The notes beneath the pieces are model-generated. The model was given only the letters and a program-made list of their open reading frames with translations. It searched no databases and was not told the origin of the DNA. This document shows positions 24,370 through 36,500 of a stretch of DNA of 64,000 bases, in pieces. A program made the translations under genes and the position numbers. Source of the DNA: Eledone cirrhosa (lineage: Eukaryota); assembly GCA_964016885.1 (NCBI GenBank), contig OZ024743.1, positions 100,006,001 to 100,070,000 of the forward strand, in the 5' to 3' direction. Within the stretch, counting starts at the first letter, position 1; the number at the start of each line of letters is the position of its first letter.

Positions 24370-24655
24370 GATGGCTAAAATACCGACTGTGTCGCCAAGC
24401 AGTTTCATCTTGTGTGTTACACAAGCTGAAACCACAGTCGGGATTTTACACATATACAGACACGGTAAAAAGGGTCCCAGTCCTCACTGTAAATGTGGTT
24501 GATGTTAGGAAGGGCATCCAGCTGTAGAAAACCTACCAGAAACAGTTCTGTACGAGCGAGACATGGTCACCTGACCAATCTTGCCTCAAGTGGAACAAAC
24601 CCGTCCAACCCATGCTACATAGAAGATGGACGTTAAACGATGATGATGATGATAT
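24370..24655 (+). mobile_element. RTE-related 3' end with (GAT)n tail
   Basis: CACTGTAAATGTGGTTGATGTTAGGAAGGGCATCCAGC..GGACGTTAAACGATGAT. Confidence 0.75.
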
Positions 24656-25312
24656 ATGTGTGTGTTACAGGTCCCTGCACATTTCTATCTACCAAATTTC
24701 TTTCACCAGGGGTCAACTCTTGTAGAAGACACTTTCCCAAGATGGCACACTGTTTGACTGAGACCAAACCCACATGATTCTAAAGCAAATTCCTTCACCA
24801 CACAACCCTATTTACAGTTACTTTTTATTTTTATTTTATTAACATGGTTTTATATACCAAGACTTTGAAATACCAGCCAATGATTGAACACATTAGATGT
24901 CATAACTTATAAAATTTATCACTTTGAATTTTCACTTATATCCACTTTAATAAGCTTTGTTGTCAAGTCAATTAAAACCATAACTCAGTGGTTTTAGTGC
25001 GTATATCATCATCATCATCATCATCATCATTGTTTAACGTCCATTTTCTACACATGGGTTAGATGGGTTGTCACATTATGAGACAAGTTAGATCTAGAGA
25101 CCATATCATGCACATATGAATCTGTATTTTGGCTTGGTTTCTACAGCTGGATGCCCTTCCTAACCCCATGTTACAGTGTGGACTGAGTGCTTTCTCTTGT
25201 GTTATATATATATATATATAGTAATAATAATAAATGTAAAGACTAATATCCAAAGAGGGCTCGATAAGGATAAATATATATCAAATATATAAGAACCCTA
25301 GAGCAAATATTT

Positions 25313-25437
25313 ATTAAAATAACAGATTAAAGTTTAAGCAAAGAATCGCTGCTTTCACCCTTAACGGGATCTTCAGAAGATCCCGTTAAGGGTGAAAGCA
25401 GCGATTCTTTCCTTAAACTTTAATCTGTTATTTTAAT
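25313..25437. repeat. near-perfect palindrome, 62-bp arms, 1-nt spacer at 25375
   Basis: ..GGGATCTTC-A-GAAGATCCC..; one mismatch in the arms. Confidence 0.92.
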
Positions 25438-26034
25438 TAATAAATATATATAATGTGTATGTGTGTGTGTAAAAGACAAACAGAAATAACAAAGCAAACA
25501 ACACAGTACAATGAAGAAATATATTAGTTTAACACTTGATATAGTAGGAAAAGAGTTTTAATGTTTCGGATGCTAGTTCCTCATAAGAAAATAGAATGAG
25601 AAATTAAAGAAGAAATAAAAAGATTGAGGCGAGTGGGCAGTGGCAGAAAAAACAGGTTTATTGAGGTAACCATCTCTTGAAAAACTGCAGAATCTGGCAT
25701 TAGTGTATAAGAAGTTTAGTTGATATATATGTGTGTGAGAGTGTGTGCATACATGCTTATATCATGTAATAGGTAATTTAGAGAGAACACTTTCATCACT
25801 GAGTAGCATCAGGTAATTTTACATAAGTAAGATAATGTTAATTTCAATTTTTCAAATTTCAGGCTGTTAAACAAAGCAATGAAATGGATACTAATTTTGA
25901 AAATACAAATAGTTATTGACTTAAATAAAATAAGAAAAAGAACAAATAAATAAAAACAAATAAAGTTATAATTTACTACAACTGCAATGGGTTAAAGGGA
26001 TTTATAACATTGCTTACATTGAAACACTACAAAT

Positions 26035-26230
26035 ATAATTTCTACTATAGGCACAAGGCCAGCAATTTGGGGACAGGGGAAAATCAATTAAATCGACCCC
26101 AGTGTATTACTGACGCTTTGTTTTATTGACCCCGTAAGGATGAAAGACAAAGCTAACCTTGGTGGGATTTTAAGTCAAAATGTAAAGGGCCATAACTTTA
26201 TGCTGCAAAGTATAGTGTCCAATGCTCTAA
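26035..26230 (-). mobile_element. tRNA-derived SINE (family B)
   Basis: GGCACAAGGCCAGCAATT..ATTGACCCCGTAAGGATGAAAG, the reverse complement of family B. Confidence 0.8.
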
Positions 26231-27496
26231 TAATAATGATAATATCAATTTGATAAAAAAATAAGGAAAGAAATTGAGAATGTAATATTTGTTTTCCTAT
26301 ATTTGTATTCCAGGAAAACATTACAACATACAAACACTATAAGCATTTACTCTCCATTCATAGGTTCCTTTGTGTGGGGGTGAGGTGTCCACACACATGC
26401 AAATCTATGAGTTGATTATCAGTTAATAATTCAGTGACGATATTTTTAGTGTGACAAAGATTACATGTTGTAAGTTACATTATTAGATGTTTATCTCTGA
26501 ATCTATATTTGTGTATATTGCTGCTTCAGGCCTCATTAAATAGATCTAGGATCAAATGAATTTCATCTATGAATATTCTCTCTATTTCTTTTTATACAGT
26601 AATAGTGTACCCTGAATTACATTATCCAATGTGTCCTATTTGAAGACAATAGAGCATAATTTCTAGCAGGTTGATTGACTATGTATAACCCTCCCTTTCT
26701 GAAGAGAACAGTGATATATATATTCACTAACTGGGCACAGGCTGAAGCAACCAATTGTCAAAGGAACTTTCAAAGGAGGTTACCAGGGTGTTAAAACTTT
26801 ACATTTTGCTCACATGTGCTGCGAGTCAAGTTATTAGAATATAAGACAAAATAAAGTGCCTTGTAGTATTTTTTCTAGCTCTCTGCACACTAAGTTCAAA
26901 TCATTCTCAGGTCAACTTTGCCTTTTATCCTTTAGCAGTCAATAAAATTACCAGGGAGATGAATTGGCAGAATTGTGAGAGTGATGCACAAAATATGTTT
27001 CAATATTGTACTGGCTCTTCGCATTCTGAGTTCAAATCCCACTGTTTCCCCCTTGAGTGCTAGACCCAAACATTTTGATAGCACACCATCATGCAATGCC
27101 TGTGCATGAAGTTTTTTTTTTTAAATGAGGAAAAACTTTGCACTGAGCTAATCCCACTCTCTGAGCGACAGTAGCTATAACCTGAAAAGAAGAAAAGATC
27201 GACATCATCGGATTTATGTCGAAGTTAACCCAGTTTCCTGAGATGCCTTCTCCTAGAAGAATGCCCTGACAAAGGTTAGGGGTCCTTCAATTCCAATGGT
27301 TTAACCATGCGATCGGGTATCCAGCCTAATTGTTTCTATATCTCCGCGTATATACATACATATGCATACACTTATATATATACATACATATATACACATG
27401 TACATACATATTTACACATTTTTTTTTACTCTTATGTATATATACATACACACATACATATACATATATATATGTATATATATATGTATATGTATG

Positions 27497-29748
27497 CTAG
27501 GCAATGTGTCAAGGAAAACAGTGATATTGTCGGGGAGAAGTGTGTCCTAAATGATGATGGTGTACTTGCCATCACTGACGCTGATAAGAAGGTAGCTTGG
27601 AAGTGTCACTACGAAAGGCTACTAAAGGAGGAGAATAATTGGGAGAAAGACAGTCTCTCCCCCCCCCCCCCCATCGACCCAATAGAGGGACCAGCAGTGC
27701 AAGTTGAAGGTAGTATAATAAGTAAGGCGATCAAAGACATGAAGACGGGCAAGGCGGCCTTCGGAAATAGTTGCCGAAATGCTGAAGGCATCTGGAACGG
27801 TGGGACACACTATGGTCACCCGGATAGTAAACCAAGTCATACAGAATGGGGTCGTTCCGAAGGACTGGCGCAGCAGCATCATCATTAACTGCTACAAGGA
27901 TAAAGGTGATGCTCTAGATAGGGGAAACTATAGAGGCATTAAATTAATTGACCAGGTCATGAAGGTCACAGAAAAAGTAATAGCGCAAATAATCAGAGAG
28001 CGAATTGATCTAGACGAAATGCAATTCGGGTTTGTGTCAGGTAAAAGTACAACAGACGCTCTTTTCATTGTACGACAACTACAGGAGAAGTACCTAGCTA
28101 AAAGTAAACCCCTATACTTAGCTTTTGTTGACTTGGAGAAAGCCTTTGACAGAGTACCCCGCTCGATTATCTGGTGGGCCCTTAGAAAACTAGGTGTTGA
28201 TGAATGGCTTGTGAGAGCTATACAAGCCATGTATAAAGAAACAGTCAGCAAGGTTAGAATTAACAACGAATATAGTGAAGAGTTTAGCGTAAAAGTTGGT
28301 GTTCATCAGGGCTCCGTCCTTAGCCCCCTACTATTTATTATTGCCCTTCAGGCTATAACAGAGGAGTTCAAGACCGGCTGCCCATGGGAACTCCTATATG
28401 CAGATGATCTAACGCTCATAGCTGAATCAATGGCTGAACTAGAGAAGAAATTCCAAACATGGAAGCATGGCCTAGAATCAAAAGGCCTTAAAGTTAACTT
28501 GTCTAAGACTAAAGTTCTAGTTTGTAGGAAGGAAAATAGGACACCGGTCCCATCTGGGAAATGGCCATGCTCAGTGTGTAGGAAAGGAGTAGGTAGAAAC
28601 TCCATTTTATGTCGCAAATGCAAAGTATCGGTACATAAAAGATGTAGTGGGATCACAGGTAAGCTAACTAAGAATATAGATTTTATATGTGGCCGGTGCT
28701 CTGGTGCAATAAGTAGCAGTAAGTGCCCACAGAATACTAACTCATTCCATTGCACAGATGGTTCTATAGAAATAGTGGACAGCTTCCGTTACCTGGGTGA
28801 TAAAATCAGCAGTGAGGGAGGGTGCTCTGAAAGTACAGTAGCTAGAGTCAGAACGTGATGGAAAAAGTTCAGAGAGCTTATACCACTATTGGCCGCTAAA
28901 GGGTTCTCTCTAAAAATGAAAGGCAGGCTGTATGATGCCTGCATACGAACAGCAATGTTACATGGCAGTGAGACCTGGGCATTGTGTGCAGAGGATATAC
29001 GCAGACTGGAGAGAAACGAAGCTTGCATGCTCCGCTGGATGTGTAATAGTAATATATGTGAACGGCAAAGCATAAACGAACTAAGGGAGAAATTAGAAAT
29101 AAGAGGGATCAGATGTTGTTTACTCGAGAGAAGACTACGTTGGTATGGTCACGTGATGCGCATGAAAGACGACAGCTGTATAAAAAAGTGCAGGGCAATA
29201 AAAATAGACGGTAGCCACGGAGTAGGCAGACCCAGAAAAACCTGGGACGACTTGATAAATTCCGACCTCACACACTTACACCTCTCCAAGAAAATGTCAC
29301 TGGACCGAGATCTTTGGTGCTACACAGTAATAGAGAAGACCCGCCTTACCTAAGTGCAAAGTGAAACCTACTACAGTCAGTAGGCACCTCTAACAAAATA
29401 CACCCCCCGTCCCACTACCCCCACCCCATCCACACCACCCCTTTCAATGTAAAGTTATGTTAGTACCACAACATCCAGCCCGAAAACAAATGAGGTCGTG
29501 TAGGTGTCACGACAAAAAAACACACAGTCCACGCTGTAATGTGGCCGTGTAGGTAACACGGTAAAAACCTCCCAGTCCACACTGTAAACGTGGTTGGTGT
29601 TAGGAAGGGCATCCAGCCGTAGAAAACCCGCCAGACAGTCCTATGCGAGCAAGACAACCACTCTTGCCTCAAGTGGGAAAACTCCCGTCCAAACCCATGC
29701 GAGCGTGGAATATGGACGTTAAACAAAGATGATGATGATGATGATGAT
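27497..29748 (+). mobile_element. 5'-truncated RTE-clade LINE: RT, PHD-like finger, 3'UTR and (GAT)n tail
   Basis: ORFs 27779-28858 and 28889-29353 carry FVDLEKAFDRV, GVHQGSVLSPLLF, YADD, FRYLG, GSETW and GRPRKTW. Frameshift near 27760 and premature TGA at 28856. Confidence 0.95.
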
Positions 29749-30124
29749 ATATACACACACACACATATATGAATATATATATATATATATGTTTATCCCG
29801 GGTTCAATGGGTTCAATCAGGGGTAACCACAGTAAGTAAGGTACTCAATATATAGCAGAGTATAATATTTAATATAGAAATCTACATATATATATATAAA
29901 TGAAATAACAGGAGGCTTGACTGGTGTAAATCCTTGAAAGGTTTATTATACTATGATCATTTTTCTATCTCATTAATGTATATTTTATTATTTTTTATTA
30001 TTTTATTAATGTATTTTTATCAATGTATTCTATCTTTATGCTGTTTTTTTCATATTTTTTCGTATTTTTTAAAACTTTTCCTTACTCACGTCATTATGCA
30101 CCTTTCATAGCCCCCTATCCACCT

Positions 30125-31318
30125 AAGAACCACACTACCTAAAACCCGGACTAACTGGGACTTTAAAATAATTTTGTTTTTTTTTCACTTTTCACTGGGT
30201 TGTTACCTGGCTTTTCCCGGCTGCGCGCTGGGCACTCGGAGAGTTCAGCCTTCCTTGTCCCACCGCGCCGCCTGTTTTGGCCGCCACATTATACTTGTAC
30301 AAACTCCAGGTTTGGGCATGACTATTGGCTGTGTCGTGCCTTTACTGACACATAAATAAACCCCTAATGTGTGATTTAATAGTATTCGTGGTATAGATGA
30401 TGGCCTGTCGAAATTGTGGGGTTCCCGCTAGTGATCCCGGGGCCAAAGTTAGTTACGTTCCTAGAGTACTCGGAAAAATTAATTTCCATTTCTTTCACTG
30501 GACGATACCACTCGAGACTGGCTGACTCATGGTGATGGGTGTGCTGGCTGGGACTCCCAATCGAAATCTTTACTCTATATCCCATCCTAATATCTAAAAA
30601 ATGTTTATCATATAAGACTCTCTCTGTAATTTCATTAAATAAATAAATCTCGCTACCTCTATTTTTCAATTTACCATTTTGCAATTTAATATTTTTAATT
30701 TAATTTAATTTCATCCTATAACTCGCAACATAAGTTTAACGTTCCAATCTTCGGTTCACACATTAGACCATACAGACACCCACTATAGATTCTTTGGGTA
30801 GCATTTTTTCGTGGCATTTTCTAACATGAGTGTATTTTGACCCTTATACTACACTTCTTTCTCCCTTTCTTTCTTCCCCTTCTTCTTTGACGGAGTGGTG
30901 GTAGCACATTATAAGCCTTCGCCCCCTCACCAGATATTCATTGGTAGTTTTTCAGTTGCCAACACTTTGAGGGCGGCTGGCTGAGAAGCTAGTCGGTCAG
31001 CCATCTCCTCTGTCTCTGATTTTTCGGACCCATGGCTTTTTACATATTCCTTTGTTATATTCCAATACCTGATGATATCACCGGATTCATATGGAACCCG
31101 GATATGAAATGATCATAGTATAATAAAGCTTTCAAGGATTTACATCAGTCAAGCCTCCTGTTATTTCATTTATAATTAACTCCGTATTCGCACCACCAAC
31201 TACACAAACGAAGATGGGTGAACTGCACTGCGTTGAGTACTCTTCACAATATTACACCAGGATTGACCATATGGAATGACCAGTTCTATCTAGTGGTGAA
31301 CCAACAAACCTAAAGATA
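30125..31318 (+). mobile_element. left arm of ~1.2-kb inverted repeat, putative Penelope-like/retrozyme-like element
   Basis: Reverse complement of 31806-33117 (ORFs 30376-30684(-) and 32567-32776(+) share near-identical peptides). Carries a hammerhead motif. Confidence 0.6.
31065..31121 (+). ncRNA. minimal type I hammerhead ribozyme
   Basis: ATAC-CTGATGA-[TATCACCGGATTCATATGGAACCCGGATAT stem II]-GAAA-T-GATC-A-TA-GTAT. Intact core, stem I ATAC/GTAT, and palindromic stem III TGATCA. Confidence 0.7.
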
Positions 31319-31358
<40 letters not shown>

Positions 31359-31514
31359 AGGTCAATTAGATCCCTAGGGGATTTTGTACAAGTTGAAAAC
31401 ATGTTATGTATACATATATATAAATCTATTTATACACATGTACATGCACACATATACACACACACCCACATATATATATATATACACATTAAGTGAGTGT
31501 GAAAGACCAAAGCT

Positions 31515-31731
31515 CATTATTGAAAGTCTCTGGATTTCGCAAAATACATATTTTTATTGGAGAAGGTAAGATATTTTTCCGCAAAAATTTGATTGCACTG
31601 TTTTGTTTACACTTTTGTATTTTTTGAAAATGTTATTTATTCATTATAGAAATTAAATGATAGCATTCTATACGTAGGTGGGCCCCCTTCATCTCCTGGC
31701 AACCAATATTTTTAGACCCAGTCCGCCAGTG
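31515..31731. mobile_element. right-end fragment of the hAT-like element at 1065-4178
   Basis: Matches 3970-4178 and ends CCAGTCCGCCAGTG. Confidence 0.8.
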
Positions 31732-31741
31732 TATATATATA

Positions 31742-31805
<64 letters not shown>

Positions 31806-31808
<3 letters not shown>

Positions 31809-33117
31809 CTTAAGGTTTGTTGGTTCACCACTAGATAGAACTGGTCATTCCGTATGGTCAATCCTGGTGTAATATTGTGAAGAGTACTCAACGCAGTGCA
31901 GTTCACCCATCTTCGTTTGTGTAGTTGGTGGTGTGAATAATATGGAGTTAATTATAAATGAAGTAACAGGAGGCTGGACTGGTGTAAATCCTTGAAAGGT
32001 TAATTATATTATGATCATTTCAATGACCGGGTTCCATATGAATCCGGTGATATCATCAGGTATTGGAACATAACAAAGGAATATGTAAAAAGCCATGGGT
32101 CCGAAAACCATGGGTCTGAGAAACCAGAGACAGAGAAGGCGGCTGACCAACTAGCTTCACAGCCAGCCACCCTCAAAGTGTTGGTAACCGAAAAACTACC
32201 AGTGAACATCTTGTAAGGGGGCCCAGGCCTATCATGTACTACCACCACTCCGTCAAAGAAGAAGGGGAAGAAAGAAAGGGAGAAAAAAGTGTAGTGTAAG
32301 GGTCAAAATACATTCATGTTAGAAAATGCCGCGAAAAGAATGCTACCCAAAGAATCTATAATGGGTGTCTGTATGGTCTAATGTGTGAACCGAAGATTGG
32401 AACGCTAAACTTATATTGCGAGTTATAGGATTAAATAAATTAAATTAAAAATATTATCTTGCAAAATGGTAAATTGAAAAATAGAGGTAGCGAGATTTAT
32501 TTATTTAACGAACTTATGGAGAGAGTCTTACATGAAAAAATTTTTTTAACTCGATAAGCTATTAGGATGGCATATAGAGTAAAGATTTCAATTGGGAGTC
32601 CCAGCCAGCACACCCACCACCATGAGTCAGCCAGTCTCGAGTGGTATCGTCCAGCGAAAGAAATGGAAATTAATTTTTCCGAGTACTCTAGGAATGTAAC
32701 TAACTTTGGCCCCGGGATCGCTAGCGGGAACCCCACAATTTCGACAGGCCATCATCTATACCACGAATACTATTAAATCACACATTAGGGGTTTATTTAC
32801 ATGTCAATAGAGGCAAGATACAGCTAATAGTTGTGCCCAAACCTGGAGTTTGTAAGTACAGGTATAATTAGGTGGCCAAAACAAGCGGCGCGGTGGGACT
32901 GGGGCAGAGCAAGCCACTCCGAGTAGTTTCATTTACCGAAAGAGGAGAAATTTATTTTTCCGAGCACTCAAGGAAGGCTGAACTTTCCGAGTGCCCAGCG
33001 CGCAGCCGGGGAAAAGCCACCACACAAGTCAAACAAAGAAAAGTGCAAATAGATCAAAATTATTCTAAATTATTTTAAAGTCCCAGTTAGCCCGGGTTAA
33101 AGGTAATGTGGTTCTTT
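31806..33117 (-). mobile_element. right arm of the inverted repeat
   Basis: See 30125-31318. Has an additional ~60-bp segment near 32900-32970. Confidence 0.6.
32006..32063 (-). ncRNA. minimal type I hammerhead ribozyme, second copy
   Basis: Minus strand: ATAC-CTGATGA-TATCACCGGATTCATATGGAACCCGGTCATT-GAAA-TGATCA-TA-ATAT. One stem I mismatch. Confidence 0.6.
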
Positions 33118-33248
33118 GCTGAGGTCAACTTTGTCTTTCATCCATCCAGGGTCAGTAAAATGAAGTGCCAATCAAATTCCAGAGGTCACTGACTCTCTTG
33201 CTGCACTGTGAAAAAGATATAGAAGACCACTCATACTATCATTTTTTT

Positions 33249-33476
33249 TTAACCCTTTTGCATTTTAATTCAGCCATATCCAGCCAGAATTCTCTCGCCT
33301 CTTTCTGTTCAAACCAGCCGTAAATGACCGCTCATACTGACGTTAAGATATTGTTCTCAAATTAAATAACATCAAAATCTTGTAGATTCAATATTATGGG
33401 AGATAATTATGTAAGGTAAAGCCTTTACCAGAAAAATACAATAATAAATATAGACTAATGTAATTGTAAGGGTTAA
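33249..33476. mobile_element. TTAA-flanked MITE
   Basis: TTAACCCTT..AAGGGTTAA. The left part is the reverse complement of about 8475-8534. Confidence 0.65.
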
Positions 33477-33498
33477 GACAACCTCTTCCACACTATAG

Positions 33499-33562
33499 CA
33501 GAGAAAGAAGGTGGTTGTTGAGGCTCTAGCAGAGTATGGCACATCATCAGGAAGACTGACAG
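33499..33562 (+). CDS. candidate exon (QRKKVVVEALAEYGTSSGRLT) ending at the first satellite unit
   Basis: Acceptor CCTCTTCCACACTATAG|CAG (NAGNAG), a single open frame, purine-rich unique sequence, and donor CAG|GTA. Confidence 0.4.
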
Positions 33563-36500
33563 GTAGACTGACAGGTAGACTGACAGGTAGACTGACAGGT
33601 AGATAGACAGGTAGACTGACAGGTAGACTGACAGGTAGATAGACAGTTAGACTGACAGGTAGACAGACAGGTAGACTGACAGGTAGACTGACAGGTAGAT
33701 AGACAGGTAGACTGACAGGTAGACTGACAGGTAGATAGACAGGTAGACTGACAGGTAGACTGACAGGTAGACTGACAGGTAGGTAGACAGTTAGACTGAC
33801 AGGTAGACTGACAGGTAGATAGACAGTTAGACTGACAGGTAGACTGACAGGTAGATAGACAGGTAGACTGACAGGTAGACTGACAGGTAGACTGACATGT
33901 AGACTGACAGGTAGATAGACAGTTAGACTGACAGGTAGACTGACAGGTAGATAGACAGTTAGACTGACAGGTAGACTGACAGGTAGATAGACAGGTAGAC
34001 TGACAGGTAGACTGACAGGTAGACTGACAGGTAGACTGACAGGTAGACTGACAGGTAGATAGACAGGTAGACTGACAGGTAGACTGACAGGTAGATAGAC
34101 AGTTAGACTGACAGGTAGACTGACAGGTAGACTGACTGGTAGACTGACAGGTAGACTGACAGGTAGACTGACAGGTAGACAGACAGGTAGACTGACAGGT
34201 AGATAGACAGGTAGACTGACAGGTAGACTGACAGGTAGACTGACAGGTAGATAGACAGGTAGACTGACAGGTAGACTGACAGGTAGACTGACAGTTAGAC
34301 TGACAGATAGACTGACAGGTAGACTGACAGGTAGACTGACAGTTAGACTGACAGATAGACTAACAGGTAGACTGACAGGTAGACTGACAGATAGACTGAC
34401 AGGTAGACTGACAGGTAGACTGACAGGTAGACTGACAGGTAGACTGACAGGTAGACTGACAGGTAGATAGACAGATAGACTGACAGGTAGACTGACAGGT
34501 AGACTGACAGGTAGACTGACTGGTAGATAGACAGGTAGGCTGACAGGTAGATAGACAGTTAGACTGACAGGTAGACTGACAGGTAGATAGACAGTTAGAC
34601 TGACAGGTAGACTGACAGGTAGACTGACTGGTAGATAGACAGGTAGGCTGACAGGTAGATAGACAGTTAGACTGACAGATAGACTGACAGGTAGACTGAC
34701 AGGTAGACTGACAGGTAGACTGACAGATAGACTGACAGGTAGACTGACAGGTAGTCTGACAGCTAGACTGACAGGTAGATAGACAGTTAGACTGACAGGT
34801 AGACTGACAGGTAGACTGACAGGTAGATAGACAGTTAGACTGACAGGTAGACTGACAGGTAGACTGACAGGTAGATAGACAGGTAGACTGACAGTTAGAC
34901 TGACAGGTAGACTGACAGGTAGATAGACAGTTAGACTGACAGGTAGACTGACAGGTAGACTGACAGGTAGACTGACAGGTAGACTGACAGGTAGATAGAC
35001 AGGTAGACTGACAGGTAGATAGACAGGTAGAGTGACAGGTAGACTGACAGGTAGACTGACAGTTAGACTGACAGGTAGACTGACAGGTAGATAGACAGTT
35101 AGACTGACAGGTAGACTGACAGGTAGACTGACAGGTAGACTGACAGGTAGACTGACAGGTAGACTGACAGGTAGACTGACAGGTAGACTGACAGGTACAC
35201 TGACAGGTAGACTGACAGGTAGACTGACAGGTAGATAGACAGTTAGACTGACAGGTAGACTGACAGGTAGACTGACAGGTAGATAGACAGTTAGACTGAC
35301 AGGTAGACTGACAGGTAGACTGACAGGTAGATAGACAGTTAGACTGACAGGTAGACTGACAGGTAGACTGACTGGTAGACTGCCAGGTAGACTGACAGGT
35401 AGACTGACAGGTAGACTGACAGGTAGACTGACAGGTAGACTGACAGGTAGACTGACAGGTAGACTGACAGGTAGACTGACAGGTAGACTGACAGATAGAC
35501 TGACACAGATAGACTGACAGGTAGACTGACAGGTAGACTGACAGGTAGACTGACAGGTAGACTGACAGGTAGACTGACAGGTAGACTGACAGGTAGACTG
35601 ACAGATAGACTGACAGGTAGACTGACAGGTAGACTGACAGGTAGACTGACAGGTAGATAGACAGTTAGACTGACAGGTAGACTGACAGGTAGACTGACAG
35701 GTAGACTGACAGGTAGACTGACAGGTAGACTGACAGGTAGACTGACAGGTAGACTGACAGGTAGACTGACAGGTAGACTGACAGGTAGACTGACAGGTAG
35801 ATAGACAGTTAGACTGACAGGTAGACTGACAGGTAGACTGACAGGTAGACTGACAGGTAGACTGACAGGTAGACTGACAGGTAGACTGACAGGTAGACTG
35901 ACAGGTAGACTGACAGGTAGATAGACAGTTAGACTGACAGGTAGACTGACAGGTAGACTGACAGGTAGACTGACAGGTAGACTGACAGGTAGACTGACAG
36001 GTAGACTGACAGGTAGACTGACAGGTAGACTGACAGGTAGACTGACAGGTAGACTGACAGGTAGATAGACAGGTAGACTGACAGGTAGACTGACAGGTAG
36101 ATAGACAGTTAGACTGACAGATAGACTGACAGGTAGACCGACAGGTAGATAGACAGGTAGACTGACAGGTAGACTGACAGGTAGATAGACAGTTAGACTG
36201 ACAGATAGACTGACAGGTAGACTGACAGGTAGATAGACAGATAGACTGACAGGTAGACTGACAGGTAGACTGACAGGTAGACTGACAGGTAGACTGACAG
36301 GTAGACTGACAGGTAGACTGACAGGTAGATAGACAGTTAGACTGACAGATAGACTGACAGGTAGACTGACAGGTAGATAGACAGGTAGACTGACAGGTAG
36401 ACTGACAGGTAGATAGACAGGTAGACTGACAGGTAGACTGACAGGTAGATAGACAGGTAGACTGACAGGTAGACTGACAGGTAGACTGACAGGTAGACTG

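Noticed and set aside
30376-30684. ORF conserved between the two inverted arms (GSPSQHTHHHESASLEWYRP)
   Set aside because: Similarity is explained by the DNA-level repeat. No recognisable domain, and upstream frames differ between copies.
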